Shown: positions 28,308-38,225 of the stretch, piece by piece
Numbering within the stretch: the stretch's first letter is position 1
Layout of the letters: each line of letters opens with the position of its first letter
Source of the DNA: Pseudomonadota bacterium
Lineage (GTDB): Archaea > Thermoplasmatota > SW-10-69-26 > JACQPN01 > JAJPHT01
DNA length: 64,000 nt
Direction of reading: 5' to 3'
NCBI GenBank assembly: GCA_021325135.1
Contig: JAJPHT010000046.1
Location: 1-64,000 of the forward strand
The notes under the pieces: model-generated
Database searches by the model: none
The model's input: the letters and a program-made list of their open reading frames with translations, nothing else
Told to the model about the DNA's origin: nothing
Made by a program: the position numbers and the translations under genes

Positions 28308-29194
28308 GCGTCGGCCGCGCGTTCGCCCACGGGGCCATCAGCGTCGTCAACGCCATCGTGACGGGCCACGCGGGCGCGAGCCTCGCCATCGACCTGCGCG
28401 CCGAGGCCAAGGTCGCGCTGCTGGAGGACGTGCCCGAGGTGGAGGTCGTCATCAACGGGGAGGACGCGGAGGACCCCATGCTCGCGCGCCTCGTGGTGAA
28501 GGCCGTCGTCGCGCGCCTGGGCGAGCCCGACTGGGGCGGCCGCGTGGAGACGACCAGCGCGATCCCCGCCACCCGCGGATTGAAGAGCAGCAGCGCGGCG
28601 GCCAACGCCATCGCCCTGGCGACGAACCGCGCCTTCCAGCTCTACGAGGGGCGCGCGCTGGACCGCGCGACGCTCCTGGAGGCCGCCATCGAGGCCGCGC
28701 TGGACGCGGGCGTCACCATCACGGGCGCCTTCGACGACGCGACGGCCTCCCTGGCGGGCGGCCTCAGCGTCACCGACAACCGCGAGCGCAAGGTGCTCCA
28801 CCGCGAGAGCGTCGACGAGTCGCTGCGCGTCGTCCTCCTCGTGCCTCCGGGGAAGACGCCCACGCTCTCGGTGAAGGATTTGCCCTACGCGCCCTTCGCG
28901 CCCCTCTCGCTCACCGCGCACGCCCTCGCGCGCAACGGCCGCTGGGCCGAGGCCATGACCATGAACGGCCTCGTCTGCGGAGCCCTCTACGGCGTCGACC
29001 CCGCGTGGACGCGCGCCAGCCTCGCCGCGGGCGCCTTGGCCGCGGGCGTCTCCGGCAAGGGGCCCGCCTTCGCCGCGGTGGCCCGGGAGGCCGACGCCAA
29101 GGCCGTGGAGAGCGCGCTGCGCAGCCTCGCCCCCTCCGGCGCGAAGGTCCTCCTCGCGCGCCCCACCAACGCCCGCGCCGAGGTGCTATCATGA
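28304..29194 (+). CDS. aroK: archaeal (GHMP-family) shikimate kinase
   Basis: ISVVNAI, GLKSSSAAANA, TGAFDDA, SGKGPA. Confidence 0.92.
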   Translation: MSVGRAFAHGAISVVNAIVTGHAGASLAIDLRAEAKVALLEDVPEVEVVINGEDAEDPMLARLVVKAVVARLGEPDWGGRVETTSAIPATRGLKSSSAAANAIALATNRAFQLYEGRALDRATLLEAAIEAALDAGVTITGAFDDATASLAGGLSVTDNRERKVLHRESVDESLRVVLLVPPGKTPTLSVKDLPYAPFAPLSLTAHALARNGRWAEAMTMNGLVCGALYGVDPAWTRASLAAGALAAGVSGKGPAFAAVAREADAKAVESALRSLAPSGAKVLLARPTNARAEVLS

Positions 29195-30441
29195 GCCTGC
29201 GCGTCCACCCCGGGAGCGTCCGCGGCTCGGCCAAGGCCCCGCCCTCCAAGTCCTACACGCACCGCGCGCTCCTCCTGGGGCTCCTCGCCGAGGGGACCAC
29301 CACCGTCCGCGACGCGCTGGCCTCGGAGGACCCCCGAGCCACGCTCCTCGCCGTGGAGGCCCTGGGCGCGCGCGTCCGGAAGGGCGACGTCATCGCCATC
29401 GAGAGCGACGGCATGGTCCGCGCGCCCGCGGGCGTCATCGACTGCCTCAACAGCGGCACGACGCTGCGCCTCCTCTCCGCCATCGCGGCGCTCTCGCCTG
29501 GCGAGGTGCGCCTCACCGGAGACGCGAGCCTGCGCAAGCGCCCCATGGGGCCCCTCCTCGCGGCGCTGGAGTCGCTGGGCGCCAAGACCGCCAGCGCCGA
29601 AGGGAAGGCGCCCGTCGCGATCCGCGGCCCGCTCCAGGGGGGCCGCGCGCGCCTGCCCGGCGACGTGAGCAGCCAGTTCGTGAGCGCGCTCCTGCTGGCG
29701 GGCGCGCGCACGCCCCAAGGCGTGGAGGTCGAGATCGAGGGTGCGCTCAAGAGCGAGCCCTACGTGGACATCACGCGCGAGATGATGGGGGACTTCGGCG
29801 TCCGCGTCGAGGGGCTCTCCGTCGCGGGGGGCCAGCGATATCAGGCGCGCGACTACCGCGTGCCCGGCGACTTCAGCACCGCCGCGTTCCCCCTGGCCGC
29901 GGGCGCGCTGGCGGGCGACGTCACGGTGGAGAACCTCCCCGAGCGCACGGCGCAGGGGGACAAGGCCATCGTGGACCTGCTGCGCCGCTTCGGCGCGCGC
30001 GTCGACGCCGAGGCGCGCCGCGTGCGCGTCCGCGAGGCGCCGCTGCGCGGCATCCACGCCGACCTCTCGGACACGCCCGACCTCTTCCCCGTCCTCTGCG
30101 CCGTCGCGGCGCACGCGCAGGGCGAGACGGTGCTATCAGGCGCGGCGCACCTGCGCTACAAGGAGAGCGACCGCATCGCCGCCATGGTGGCCAACCTGCG
30201 CCGCCTGGGCGTCGACGCGCAGGAGCGTCCCGACGGCGCGCGCATCGTGGGCGGCCCCGTGCGCGGCGCGGAAGGGCTCGTCACCGAAGGCGACCACCGC
30301 GTCCTCATGGCCCTCGCCGTCTGCGGCCTGCGCGCGGAGGGCCCGCTCGTCCTGGACGACCACGAGGCGCACGCCGTGAGCTACCCCTCCTTCCTGCACG
30401 ACTTCGCCGCCCTGGGCGCGCGCTTCGAGGTGGCGCCATGA
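29191..30441 (+). CDS. aroA: 3-phosphoshikimate 1-carboxyvinyltransferase (EPSP synthase)
   Basis: PPSKSYTHR, NSGTTLR, RPM, SSQFVS, KESDR, DHR. Confidence 0.95.
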   Translation: MSLRVHPGSVRGSAKAPPSKSYTHRALLLGLLAEGTTTVRDALASEDPRATLLAVEALGARVRKGDVIAIESDGMVRAPAGVIDCLNSGTTLRLLSAIAALSPGEVRLTGDASLRKRPMGPLLAALESLGAKTASAEGKAPVAIRGPLQGGRARLPGDVSSQFVSALLLAGARTPQGVEVEIEGALKSEPYVDITREMMGDFGVRVEGLSVAGGQRYQARDYRVPGDFSTAAFPLAAGALAGDVTVENLPERTAQGDKAIVDLLRRFGARVDAEARRVRVREAPLRGIHADLSDTPDLFPVLCAVAAHAQGETVLSGAAHLRYKESDRIAAMVANLRRLGVDAQERPDGARIVGGPVRGAEGLVTEGDHRVLMALAVCGLRAEGPLVLDDHEAHAVSYPSFLHDFAALGARFEVAP

Positions 30442-31526
30442 ACTCCTTCGGCCGCCGCTTCCGGCTCACCCTCGTGGGCGAGAGCCACGGGGAGATGGTG
30501 GGCGTCGTCGTGGACGGCGTCCCCCCCGGCATCCCCTTCGGGCCCGAGGACGCGCAGCCCGCCCTCGACCGGCGCCGCCCCGGGCAGAGCCTCCTCGCCA
30601 CGCAGCGCCAGGAGGCGGACCTCGTGAAGATCCGCAGCGGCGTCTTCGAGGGGCGCACCACCGGCGCGCCCATCCTCATGGAGATCGCCAACTCCGACGC
30701 GCGCTCGCAGGACTACGCGGAACTGCGCGACAAGCCGCGCCCCGGGCACGCGGACCACACGGCGCGAGTCCATTATTCAGGACACAACGATCCGCGCGGC
30801 AGCGGCATGTTCAGCGGCCGCATGACGGCGTGCTGGGTCATGGCGGGCGCGCTCGCGCAGAAGGCCCTCGCCGCGCGGAGCGTCCAGATCGCCGCGCACG
30901 CCGTCCGCATCGGCCACGTCTGGACCGACGCCTCGCTCTCGGTGGCGGAAATCCGCAAGGGCGTCGAGGCGACGCCCGCCCGCTGCGCCGTCTACGGCGT
31001 CGCGCAGGACATGGTGGACGCCGTGGAGGCCGCGCGCAAGGCCGGCGACTCCGTCGGAGGGGTCGTCGAGTGCGTCGCCGAAGGGCTGCCCGCCGGCCTC
31101 GGGGACCCCCTCATGGACAGCGTGGAATCGCTCGTGGCGCACGCCCTCTTCGCGGTCCCGGCGGTGAAGGGCGTCGAGTTCGGCGACGGCTTCGCCATCA
31201 GCGCGAAGCGCGGCAGCGAGGTCCGGGACGAGTACGTCGTGGAGAACGGCGCGCTGCGCACGAAGGCCAACCACAACGGCGGCGCGCTGGGCGGGCTCAC
31301 CACGGGCATGCCGCTGCGCTTCCGCGCCGCGTTCAAGCCCACGAGCAGCATCCCCCTCACGCAGCAGACCGTCGACCTGCGCACGGGCGAGCCGGCCGAG
31401 CTTCGCGTGAAGGGGCGCCACGACCCGTGCATCGTGCCCCGCGCCGTGCCCGTCGTCGAGGCCGTCGCCGCGTGCGTCCTCCTGGACCTGCTCCTGGAGC
31501 GCGTCGGCATGGAGGGGTTCCGCTGA
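30438..31526 (+). CDS. aroC: chorismate synthase
   Basis: GESHG, RPGHAD, GDSVGG, FKPTSSI, GRHDPCIVPRA. Confidence 0.96.
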   Translation: MNSFGRRFRLTLVGESHGEMVGVVVDGVPPGIPFGPEDAQPALDRRRPGQSLLATQRQEADLVKIRSGVFEGRTTGAPILMEIANSDARSQDYAELRDKPRPGHADHTARVHYSGHNDPRGSGMFSGRMTACWVMAGALAQKALAARSVQIAAHAVRIGHVWTDASLSVAEIRKGVEATPARCAVYGVAQDMVDAVEAARKAGDSVGGVVECVAEGLPAGLGDPLMDSVESLVAHALFAVPAVKGVEFGDGFAISAKRGSEVRDEYVVENGALRTKANHNGGALGGLTTGMPLRFRAAFKPTSSIPLTQQTVDLRTGEPAELRVKGRHDPCIVPRAVPVVEAVAACVLLDLLLERVGMEGFR

Positions 31527-32611
31527 GCGAGATCGACAAGCTCCGCGAGGAGATCCGCGCCATCGACCGGCAGCTCGTGGAGTTGACCGCGCGCCGCCTG
31601 GACCTCGCGCGGCGCGTGGGCGACATCAAGCGCGAGGCGCACCAGCCCATCCGCAACTACGTCGTCGAGGCCGAGGCCATCGCCCTGGTGCGCGACGCCG
31701 CGGCGCGGCTGCGCGTCGACCCCGACGTGGCGGAGGAGCTTCTCAAGCTGGAGATCCGCGAGAGCCTCCGCGTCCAAGAGAAGGACCGCGCGGGGCGCGT
31801 GAAGGCGGACGGCCACGCGGGCAAGGCGCTCGTGGTGGGCGGCGCGGGCAACATGGGGCGCTGGTTCGTCGAGTTCCTGGAGAGCATGGGGCACGACGTG
31901 GCGGTGTCCGATCCGCGCGGCGCGCCGCCGGGACGGCCCCGCGTAGAGGACGTTGCCGCGGCCGCCGGCTCGTTCGATCTCATCCTGCTGGCGACGCCGC
32001 CCAGCGCGACCGGCGACGTGCTGCGCTCGCTCCACGGGAAGACGCGCGGGCTCGTCGTGGACATCGCGTCGCTGAAGTCGCCCCACGCGGCGGAGCTTCG
32101 CGCGCTGGCGGCCTCGGGCGTGCGCGTGGCGAGCCTGCACCCCATGTGGGGCCCTTCGGCGGACCTGCTGGCGGGGCGCAACCTCGTGGTGTGCGACTGC
32201 GGGAGCGCGGAGGCGGCGCGCGCGGCGAAGGCGCTCTTCGCCCACACGGCGGCGAACGTCGTGGAGATGCCACTGGAGCAGCATGACGTCTACATGGGCC
32301 TCGTGCTGGGGCTGCCGCACGCGGTGAACCTCGCCTTCGGACACGCGCTGGCGTCGCAGCCCATCCCCTTCTCGCAGGTGCGCAGCCTGGGCGGGCCGAC
32401 GTTCCAGAAGCAGGTGGCGGTGAGCCGCGAGGTGGCGGGCGAGAACAAGGACCTCTACCACGAGATCCAGCGCCTCAACCCGCACACGGCCGAGGTCCTC
32501 GCCCGCCTGCGGCGAAGCCTTGATGAGCTGGAAGCGGCGGTGGCGGACCGCGCCGCCTTCCGCGCCTACATGGCGCGGGCCCAGGCGTTCTACGAAGGGG
32601 GCTCCCCATGA
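31523..32611 (+). CDS. tyrA: bifunctional chorismate mutase / prephenate dehydrogenase (probable CTG start)
   Basis: AroQ helix LREEIRAIDRQLVEL..R..VGDIK; Rossmann GGAGNMG; DIASLK; HPMWGP. Confidence 0.88.
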   Translation: MSEIDKLREEIRAIDRQLVELTARRLDLARRVGDIKREAHQPIRNYVVEAEAIALVRDAAARLRVDPDVAEELLKLEIRESLRVQEKDRAGRVKADGHAGKALVVGGAGNMGRWFVEFLESMGHDVAVSDPRGAPPGRPRVEDVAAAAGSFDLILLATPPSATGDVLRSLHGKTRGLVVDIASLKSPHAAELRALAASGVRVASLHPMWGPSADLLAGRNLVVCDCGSAEAARAAKALFAHTAANVVEMPLEQHDVYMGLVLGLPHAVNLAFGHALASQPIPFSQVRSLGGPTFQKQVAVSREVAGENKDLYHEIQRLNPHTAEVLARLRRSLDELEAAVADRAAFRAYMARAQAFYEGGSP

Positions 32612-34020
32612 TCGTCATGAAGTTCGGCGGCACGAGCGTCGGGTCGGGCCCCATGCTGGTGCGCGTCTCCGACATCGTCTCCCGCGCGCCCGCGGAGCGC
32701 GTCGTCGTCATCAGCGCCATGGCGGGCGTGACCGACGCCATCCTCAACGTCCTGCCCCGCGTGCAGCGCGACGAGGGCGCCATCGAGCCCTTCCTGCGCG
32801 AGCTTCTCAACAAGCACCTCGCGGCGCTCCACGACGCGGGCGCCTCGGACGCGGAGGTCGTCAAGGTCACGCAGGAGATCGACGCGCTGCTCCAGCGCTT
32901 CGAGCGGCTGCTCTACGGCATCGCGTACACCGAGGAGCTGACCGCCAAGACGAAGGACCTCGCCGTCTCCTTCGGCGAGCGCCTCAGCGTGCGGCTCCTG
33001 GCGGGCGTCCTGCGCACGCGCGGCGTCCCCGCCGAGGCCGTGGACGCCGACGACGCGGGCATGCTCACCGACGGCTCCTTCGGCAACGCCACGCCCATCA
33101 TGAGCGCCATCGAGCGCAACCTGGAGCGCAGCCTCGTGGGCCGCCTCCGGAACGGCGTCACGCCCGTGCTCACCGGCTTCTTCGGCTGCGACGCCATGGG
33201 CCGCGTCACCACCTTCGGGCGCGGCGGCAGCGACTACGCGGCGGCCATCGTCGCGGCCGCGCTGCGCGCCAACCGCCTTGAGGTGTGGAAGGACGTGGAC
33301 GGCTTCCTCACGGCGGACCCGCGCATCCTCAAGGACGCGCAGCCCATTGCCGAGATGACCTACGACGAGGCCGCGGAATTGGCCGGCGTGGGCGCCAAGG
33401 TGCTGCACCCGCGCACCGTGGAGCCGCTCAAGGACCTCCACGTCCCCATCCTGGTGCGCAACACTCAGCAGCCCGAGGTGCAGGGCACGCTCATCACGGG
33501 CGTCGCCAGCGTGTCGCGCAACGCGCTGCGCAGCGCCGCCACCAAGGACGGCCTCGCGATCCTGAAGATCTACGGCCCCGGCATGGCGTACACGCCCGGC
33601 ATCGGCCAGAAGGTGTTCGACGCGCTGGCCAAGGCCAAGGTCAACGTCTACAACATGGCCGCCTCGCAGGCGAGCTTCGCGCTCCTCATCGAGGAGAGCG
33701 ACCTGGACCGCGGCCTCAAGGCGCTGGAGTCCATCCGCGAGGGCACCATCCAGAGCGTGGAAGGCATAACCGACATGACGCTCATCTGCGTCGTGGGCCG
33801 CGGCATCGGCAGCACCTTCGGCACCAGCGGCAAGATCTTCACCGCGGTGGGCAAGGCGGGCGTCAACATCGAGATGATCTCGGTGGGCGCCTCCGACATC
33901 GCGCTCAACTTCGTCGTGAAAAGGAAGGATCGCGATGCCTGCGTGCGGGCGATCCACCACGAGTTCCTCTTCGAGCGGCCCGCGCCGGGGCCCACCGAGC
34001 CGGCGCACTCCCCCCGGTGA
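32608..34020 (+). CDS. lysC: aspartate kinase with two ACT domains
   Basis: VMKFGGTSV, SFGERLS, GRGGSDY, DVDG..TADPR, GAKVLHP. Confidence 0.95.
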   Translation: MIVMKFGGTSVGSGPMLVRVSDIVSRAPAERVVVISAMAGVTDAILNVLPRVQRDEGAIEPFLRELLNKHLAALHDAGASDAEVVKVTQEIDALLQRFERLLYGIAYTEELTAKTKDLAVSFGERLSVRLLAGVLRTRGVPAEAVDADDAGMLTDGSFGNATPIMSAIERNLERSLVGRLRNGVTPVLTGFFGCDAMGRVTTFGRGGSDYAAAIVAAALRANRLEVWKDVDGFLTADPRILKDAQPIAEMTYDEAAELAGVGAKVLHPRTVEPLKDLHVPILVRNTQQPEVQGTLITGVASVSRNALRSAATKDGLAILKIYGPGMAYTPGIGQKVFDALAKAKVNVYNMAASQASFALLIEESDLDRGLKALESIREGTIQSVEGITDMTLICVVGRGIGSTFGTSGKIFTAVGKAGVNIEMISVGASDIALNFVVKRKDRDACVRAIHHEFLFERPAPGPTEPAHSPR

Positions 34021-34035
34021 AGCCATGATCGACAA

Positions 34036-34135
34036 GGGTCCAAAGAACGCGACGAGCGCAAAGAGCGCGAAGGACGCGACGAAAGGAAACATCGCGACCT
34101 TGGCGCTCTTTGCGCTCGTCGCGTTCTTTGGACCC
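34036..34135. repeat. 100-bp palindrome with internal 9-nt periodicity (family 3) between lysC and asd
   Basis: 44-nt arms with 2 mismatches and a 12-nt loop; arm built of AAGAACGCG/ACGAGCGCA/AAGAGCGCG/AAGGACGCG units. Confidence 0.9.
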
Positions 34136-34155
34136 GAGCCAGCAGGTGACCCATC

Positions 34156-35193
34156 ATGACCCAGACCGTGAAGGTAGGAATCCTCGGCGCCACCGGCATG
34201 GTGGGCCAGCGCTTCGCGACGCTCCTGGACAACCACCCCTACTTCCGCGTGACCGAGGTCGTGGCCTCGGAGCGCAGCGCGGGGAAGCTCTACCGCGACG
34301 CCGCGACGTGGGTCGTGGACGACCCCATGCCCGCGTGGATCCGCGACATGCGCGTGAAGACGCCCGCGGACGACCTGGACGTGGACCTCGTCTTCAGCGC
34401 CATCCCCGGCGGCAAGGCGGGCCCGTTGGAGACCTCTCTGGCAGAGCGCGGCATCCACGTCTTCAGCAACGCCCGCGACCACCGCTGGGACGCCGACGTG
34501 CCGCTCCTCCTCCCCGAGGTCAACCCCGAGCACCTCTCGCTGGTGGAGCGCCAGAAGACGCCCGGCAAGATCGTCACCAACGGCAACTGCTCCACCATCA
34601 CCGCCGTCATGTCGCTGAAGCCCCTGCACGACGTGTTCGGGCTGCGGCGCGTCTTCTTCGCGACGTACCAGGCCGTGAGCGGCGCTGGCTACCCTGGCGT
34701 GCCCTCGCTGGCGATCATGAACAACGTGATCCCCTACATCGGGGGCGAGGAGGAGAAGATGGAGAAGGAGACGCGCCGGTTCCTGGGCTCCATCTCCCCC
34801 GAGGGCGTGGCGCTGGCGGACGTGGGCGTCTCCGCGACGTGCGTCCGCGTGCCCGTGCAGGAGGGGCACACCGTCGCCGTCACCGCGGAGTTCCGCAGCA
34901 AGCCCACGCCCGAGGAGGCCGCCGAGGCGCTCCGCACGTGGCAGGGCGTCCCGCAGAAGCTCAAGCTCCCCAGCGCGCCGCAGCGCCCCGTCATCGTGCG
35001 CGCCGAGGCCGACCGCCCCCAGCCTCGCAAGGACGTGTACGCCGAGAAGGGCATGGCCGTGAGCGTGGGCCGCCTGCGCGCGGACGCGCTGCTGGACCTC
35101 AAGTGGATCGCCAGCGGCAGCAACACCATCCGCGGCGCGGCGGGCTCCAACGTGCTTGGCGCGGAGCTCTTCGTCGCGGAGAAGCGGCTCTGA
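34156..35193 (+). CDS. asd: aspartate-semialdehyde dehydrogenase (archaeal-type)
   Basis: GATGMVGQRF, PEVNPEH, NGNCST, QAVSGAG, RVPVQEGH, NTIRGAAG. Confidence 0.95.
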   Translation: MTQTVKVGILGATGMVGQRFATLLDNHPYFRVTEVVASERSAGKLYRDAATWVVDDPMPAWIRDMRVKTPADDLDVDLVFSAIPGGKAGPLETSLAERGIHVFSNARDHRWDADVPLLLPEVNPEHLSLVERQKTPGKIVTNGNCSTITAVMSLKPLHDVFGLRRVFFATYQAVSGAGYPGVPSLAIMNNVIPYIGGEEEKMEKETRRFLGSISPEGVALADVGVSATCVRVPVQEGHTVAVTAEFRSKPTPEEAAEALRTWQGVPQKLKLPSAPQRPVIVRAEADRPQPRKDVYAEKGMAVSVGRLRADALLDLKWIASGSNTIRGAAGSNVLGAELFVAEKRL

Positions 35194-35199
35194 GGCGCC

Positions 35200-35688
35200 C
35201 TACGCGCCCTGGGCGCACGGGGAGGCGAGGACCTCGACCAGGCTGTTGACGCTGGCGATGCCGTAGTCGGCCGCGTTGTTCACGATGACGAAGGCGCCGG
35301 AGACGACGCCGCTGGTGTCGGTCACGACGGCGCTGGCGTCCGCCTGCGTCGCGGCCACCTCGTCGACGAAGAGCTGGTCCGTCGCCGCGAAGGGGCCCTC
35401 CTGCGCGACGTTCCCCGGGTAGGCCGCGACGTTCTGGCCGGTCGCGTCGCCCCACGCCGCCTGCTGGCTGACGTCGTACGTGGCGTGGCCCGCGACGTAC
35501 TCGGGGAGGGGGAGGAGGGACTGCGTGGTGGTGAGGATGCCGTTGGCCGTGGTGACGGCCCACTCGTCAAGGGCCAGGATGGTCCCCACCGTGCACGGGT
35601 TCACGACGGTGGGCGAGGCGCTGGCGGCGGGGACCGCGACGAAGGTGGCGGCGGCAAGCAGGATGAGCGCAGCAAGTGAAGCCTTCAT
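35200..35688 (-). CDS. secreted hypothetical protein
   Basis: Signal peptide MKASLAALILLAAATFVAVPAASA; one Cys near each end of the mature chain. Confidence 0.65.
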   Translation of the reverse strand: MKASLAALILLAAATFVAVPAASASPTVVNPCTVGTILALDEWAVTTANGILTTTQSLLPLPEYVAGHATYDVSQQAAWGDATGQNVAAYPGNVAQEGPFAATDQLFVDEVAATQADASAVVTDTSGVVSGAFVIVNNAADYGIASVNSLVEVLASPCAQGA

Positions 35689-35834
35689 GGGTAGCACAAC
35701 CCGGCCCCGCCAGCGACCTGCGCGAGGATAGCCCTTTCGCGGGAGCGTCCCGGATGGAGGATTCCTGTGAATCCGGCCGGTCGATGCGGCCAGCCACAAC
35801 AACGGCTTTCTGGGGGTGGCGGCGGTGCGGAGGC

Positions 35835-37361
35835 ATGGCCCCCGTCCGCTTCGCCCTCGCCCTGGTCGCCCTTCTTCTCGCCGGGTGCGCCGCGCCCGCG
35901 GCCACTCCCGAGAAGACGGCCTCGGTGGCGTCGGGCTCGGCGCCCTCCACGCTGGGCGTCGTCCACGCGCTGGGCAACGCGACGCTCCCGCCCGACGCGG
36001 CCGCCAAGGCCATCCCCGCACGGGGGCTCCAGCTCTCCACGGGCGTGGGTGGCGGCGAGCCCACCATGGGCGTGGACAGCAAGGGGCGCCTCTTCGCGGA
36101 GGCGTTCAAGGACGGCGAGCCCACCATCATGCTCTCCCAGGACCACGGCTTCACGTGGAAGGACGTGGGCCCCACGCTCCCCACGGGCCAGCACCTCCCG
36201 CCCCAGACGTTCGATCCGTACATGTACCTCGACCCCACCACCGGCCGCGTCTACAAGAACGAGAACGACCTCCAGTGCGCGGTCCTCTCGTGGAGCGACG
36301 ACGCGGGCGCGTCGTGGACCACGAGCCCCGTGGGGTGCGGCGTCGGCGCGGGCGTCCCCATCGCGGACCACCAGAGCATGGTCGCCGCCAAGCCGCGGAT
36401 GCTCCCCGTGAGCCCGCTCTACCCCAACGTCGTCTATTCCTGCACCAACACGGGCGCCACCACCGAGTGCGCGACCTCGCTCAACGGCGGGTACACGTTC
36501 GGGCCCGTGGTGACGGTCTTCCCCCAGACGACCGACCCCAACGACTGCGCCGGCGACACGCTGGGCCACCCCGTCACCGACAAGGACGGGCGCGTCTTCG
36601 TGGCCCACGGCGGCTGCAACCGCTGGCCCACCATCGGCGTGACCGAGGACGACGGCCTCACCTGGACCTCCCACGTCATCACCAAGGACTCCGCGGTCAT
36701 CGACAGCCCCGTGGTCCACGACGTGAACCTCGCCGTGGACGACAACGGCACCGTCTACGCGGGCTGGATCAGCGACAAGGGCCTGCCCACCTACTCGTGG
36801 AGCGCGGACCACGGCGTCAAGTGGTCCCCCGCCACCGTCGTCTCGCCCCCCGACGTCACCGCCGCCGCGTTCCCCGCCCTCGCCGCGGGGGCCGACGGCC
36901 GCCTCGTCTTCGCCTACATCGCCACCACCATCCCCGGCGGGTACGAAGGCAAGGAGACCGGCCCCGCGGGCACCGTCACCGACATCGCCTCCCCCTCCCA
37001 GGACCCGCCCGAGTGGGCCAACGCCTCTTGGAACGCCTACCTCACCGTGCTCCCCAGCGCCAAGGACGCGAGCCCCGTGGCCACCACCGTCATCGCCAAC
37101 GACCCCAAGGACCCCCTCGCCCGCGGCGTCTGCGGCAAGACGCGCTGCGGCGGCATGGACGACTTCATCGACGCCGTCATCGACCCTGAGGGCCGCCCCT
37201 ACGCGGTCTTCGTCGACGCGTGCAACGAGAAGTGCTCCACCGACCCCACCGTCCACAAGATGGGCAACGTCCTCACCGTGGGCACCCTGGCGGAAGGGCC
37301 CGCGCTGCGCGGCGAGCTGAAGGCGCTTCTCCCCCTGGCGAAGCCTTCAACCCCCTCGTAA
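35835..37361 (+). CDS. BNR/Asp-box (sialidase-like) lipoprotein
   Basis: Lipobox LLAGC; SQDHGFTW, SDDAGASW, SLNGGYTF, TEDDGLTW, SADHGVKW. Confidence 0.8.
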   Translation: MAPVRFALALVALLLAGCAAPAATPEKTASVASGSAPSTLGVVHALGNATLPPDAAAKAIPARGLQLSTGVGGGEPTMGVDSKGRLFAEAFKDGEPTIMLSQDHGFTWKDVGPTLPTGQHLPPQTFDPYMYLDPTTGRVYKNENDLQCAVLSWSDDAGASWTTSPVGCGVGAGVPIADHQSMVAAKPRMLPVSPLYPNVVYSCTNTGATTECATSLNGGYTFGPVVTVFPQTTDPNDCAGDTLGHPVTDKDGRVFVAHGGCNRWPTIGVTEDDGLTWTSHVITKDSAVIDSPVVHDVNLAVDDNGTVYAGWISDKGLPTYSWSADHGVKWSPATVVSPPDVTAAAFPALAAGADGRLVFAYIATTIPGGYEGKETGPAGTVTDIASPSQDPPEWANASWNAYLTVLPSAKDASPVATTVIANDPKDPLARGVCGKTRCGGMDDFIDAVIDPEGRPYAVFVDACNEKCSTDPTVHKMGNVLTVGTLAEGPALRGELKALLPLAKPSTPS

Positions 37362-37418
37362 CGAGGCCCCCGGGGCGCCGCGTAACACCCAAGTAGGGGC
37401 CCTGGAAGAAGGCATGGG

Positions 37419-38204
37419 GTGCGCGCGCTCCGCGTCGTCAGCTACAACGTCGGCGGCTCCTCCCGCTGGAAGGACCAGGGCGCGTGGACCCAGGCCATCT
37501 GCTCCGCCGTCGCGGAGGCCCGGCCCGACCTCCTGGCGATGCAGGAGATCCGCGCCCGCGTGGCTCCTGGCCTTGTGGCGGGCCTCGCGAGGATCGGCCT
37601 GGTCCCTGGCGATGGCGGCGCGCGCGAGCGCGTCTTCTATCGCCCCGGCTCCCTCAGGCCCCAGGGCCACCGGAGGGAGCGCGTCGACGCCCAGAGCGAG
37701 GACGGAGGAGAACGCTTCCTCAACTGGAGCCGCTGGGCCTCTTCGGAGGGGTTCTCGTTCTCCCTCTGCAACGTCCACCTCGTCGGGGCCGCGAACAAGG
37801 CCGCCGCTGCGAGGCAGATCGCGGACTCGGAGCCCTCCGAGGCGGCCATCATCGCGGGCGACTTCAACCTGCTCAGCTCGCACTACGTGCACGGCCACCT
37901 GAGCGCCGCGGGCTGGCAGGACGCTGCGCTCTCTGCCCTGGTGGGGGATGCGGGACCCACCATCCACCGCCACGGCGCCGCGAAGAGGAGGCGGGTGGAC
38001 TGGATTCTCGCCCCCTTCCCGTGGGCTCCGCGGGCGTATGGAGTCCGGCGCCTTGCCGACGTGGCCCTGGAGCCAAGCGACCATCACCCCATCTGGGCCG
38101 ACCTCGCCTGGGATCCTCTGGGGACGTGGAGCGCCCAAGGGCTCTCCTCTCCAGGAAACCCTGCGTTCTCTCCTAGGGGAAGGCCACCCGCAACCCCCAA
38201 GTAG
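37419..38204 (+). CDS. endonuclease/exonuclease/phosphatase (EEP) family protein
   Basis: SYNV, MQE, NVHL, AGDFN, RVDWI, SDHHPI motifs in canonical order. Confidence 0.8.
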   Translation: MRALRVVSYNVGGSSRWKDQGAWTQAICSAVAEARPDLLAMQEIRARVAPGLVAGLARIGLVPGDGGARERVFYRPGSLRPQGHRRERVDAQSEDGGERFLNWSRWASSEGFSFSLCNVHLVGAANKAAAARQIADSEPSEAAIIAGDFNLLSSHYVHGHLSAAGWQDAALSALVGDAGPTIHRHGAAKRRRVDWILAPFPWAPRAYGVRRLADVALEPSDHHPIWADLAWDPLGTWSAQGLSSPGNPAFSPRGRPPATPK

Positions 38205-38225
38205 CCAAGCCGGCTCTGCCCGCGC

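Noticed and set aside
34021-34155. Lysine riboswitch or intrinsic terminator
   Set aside because: It lies downstream of lysC, is a single long periodic hairpin without riboswitch architecture, and has no U-tract
37381-38204. 14/16-nt direct repeat (CGTAACACCCAAGTAG / CGCAACCCCCAAGTAG) flanking the EEP gene read as a target-site duplication
   Set aside because: Each copy sits 21-22 nt before a start codon and is better explained as a BRE/TATA promoter
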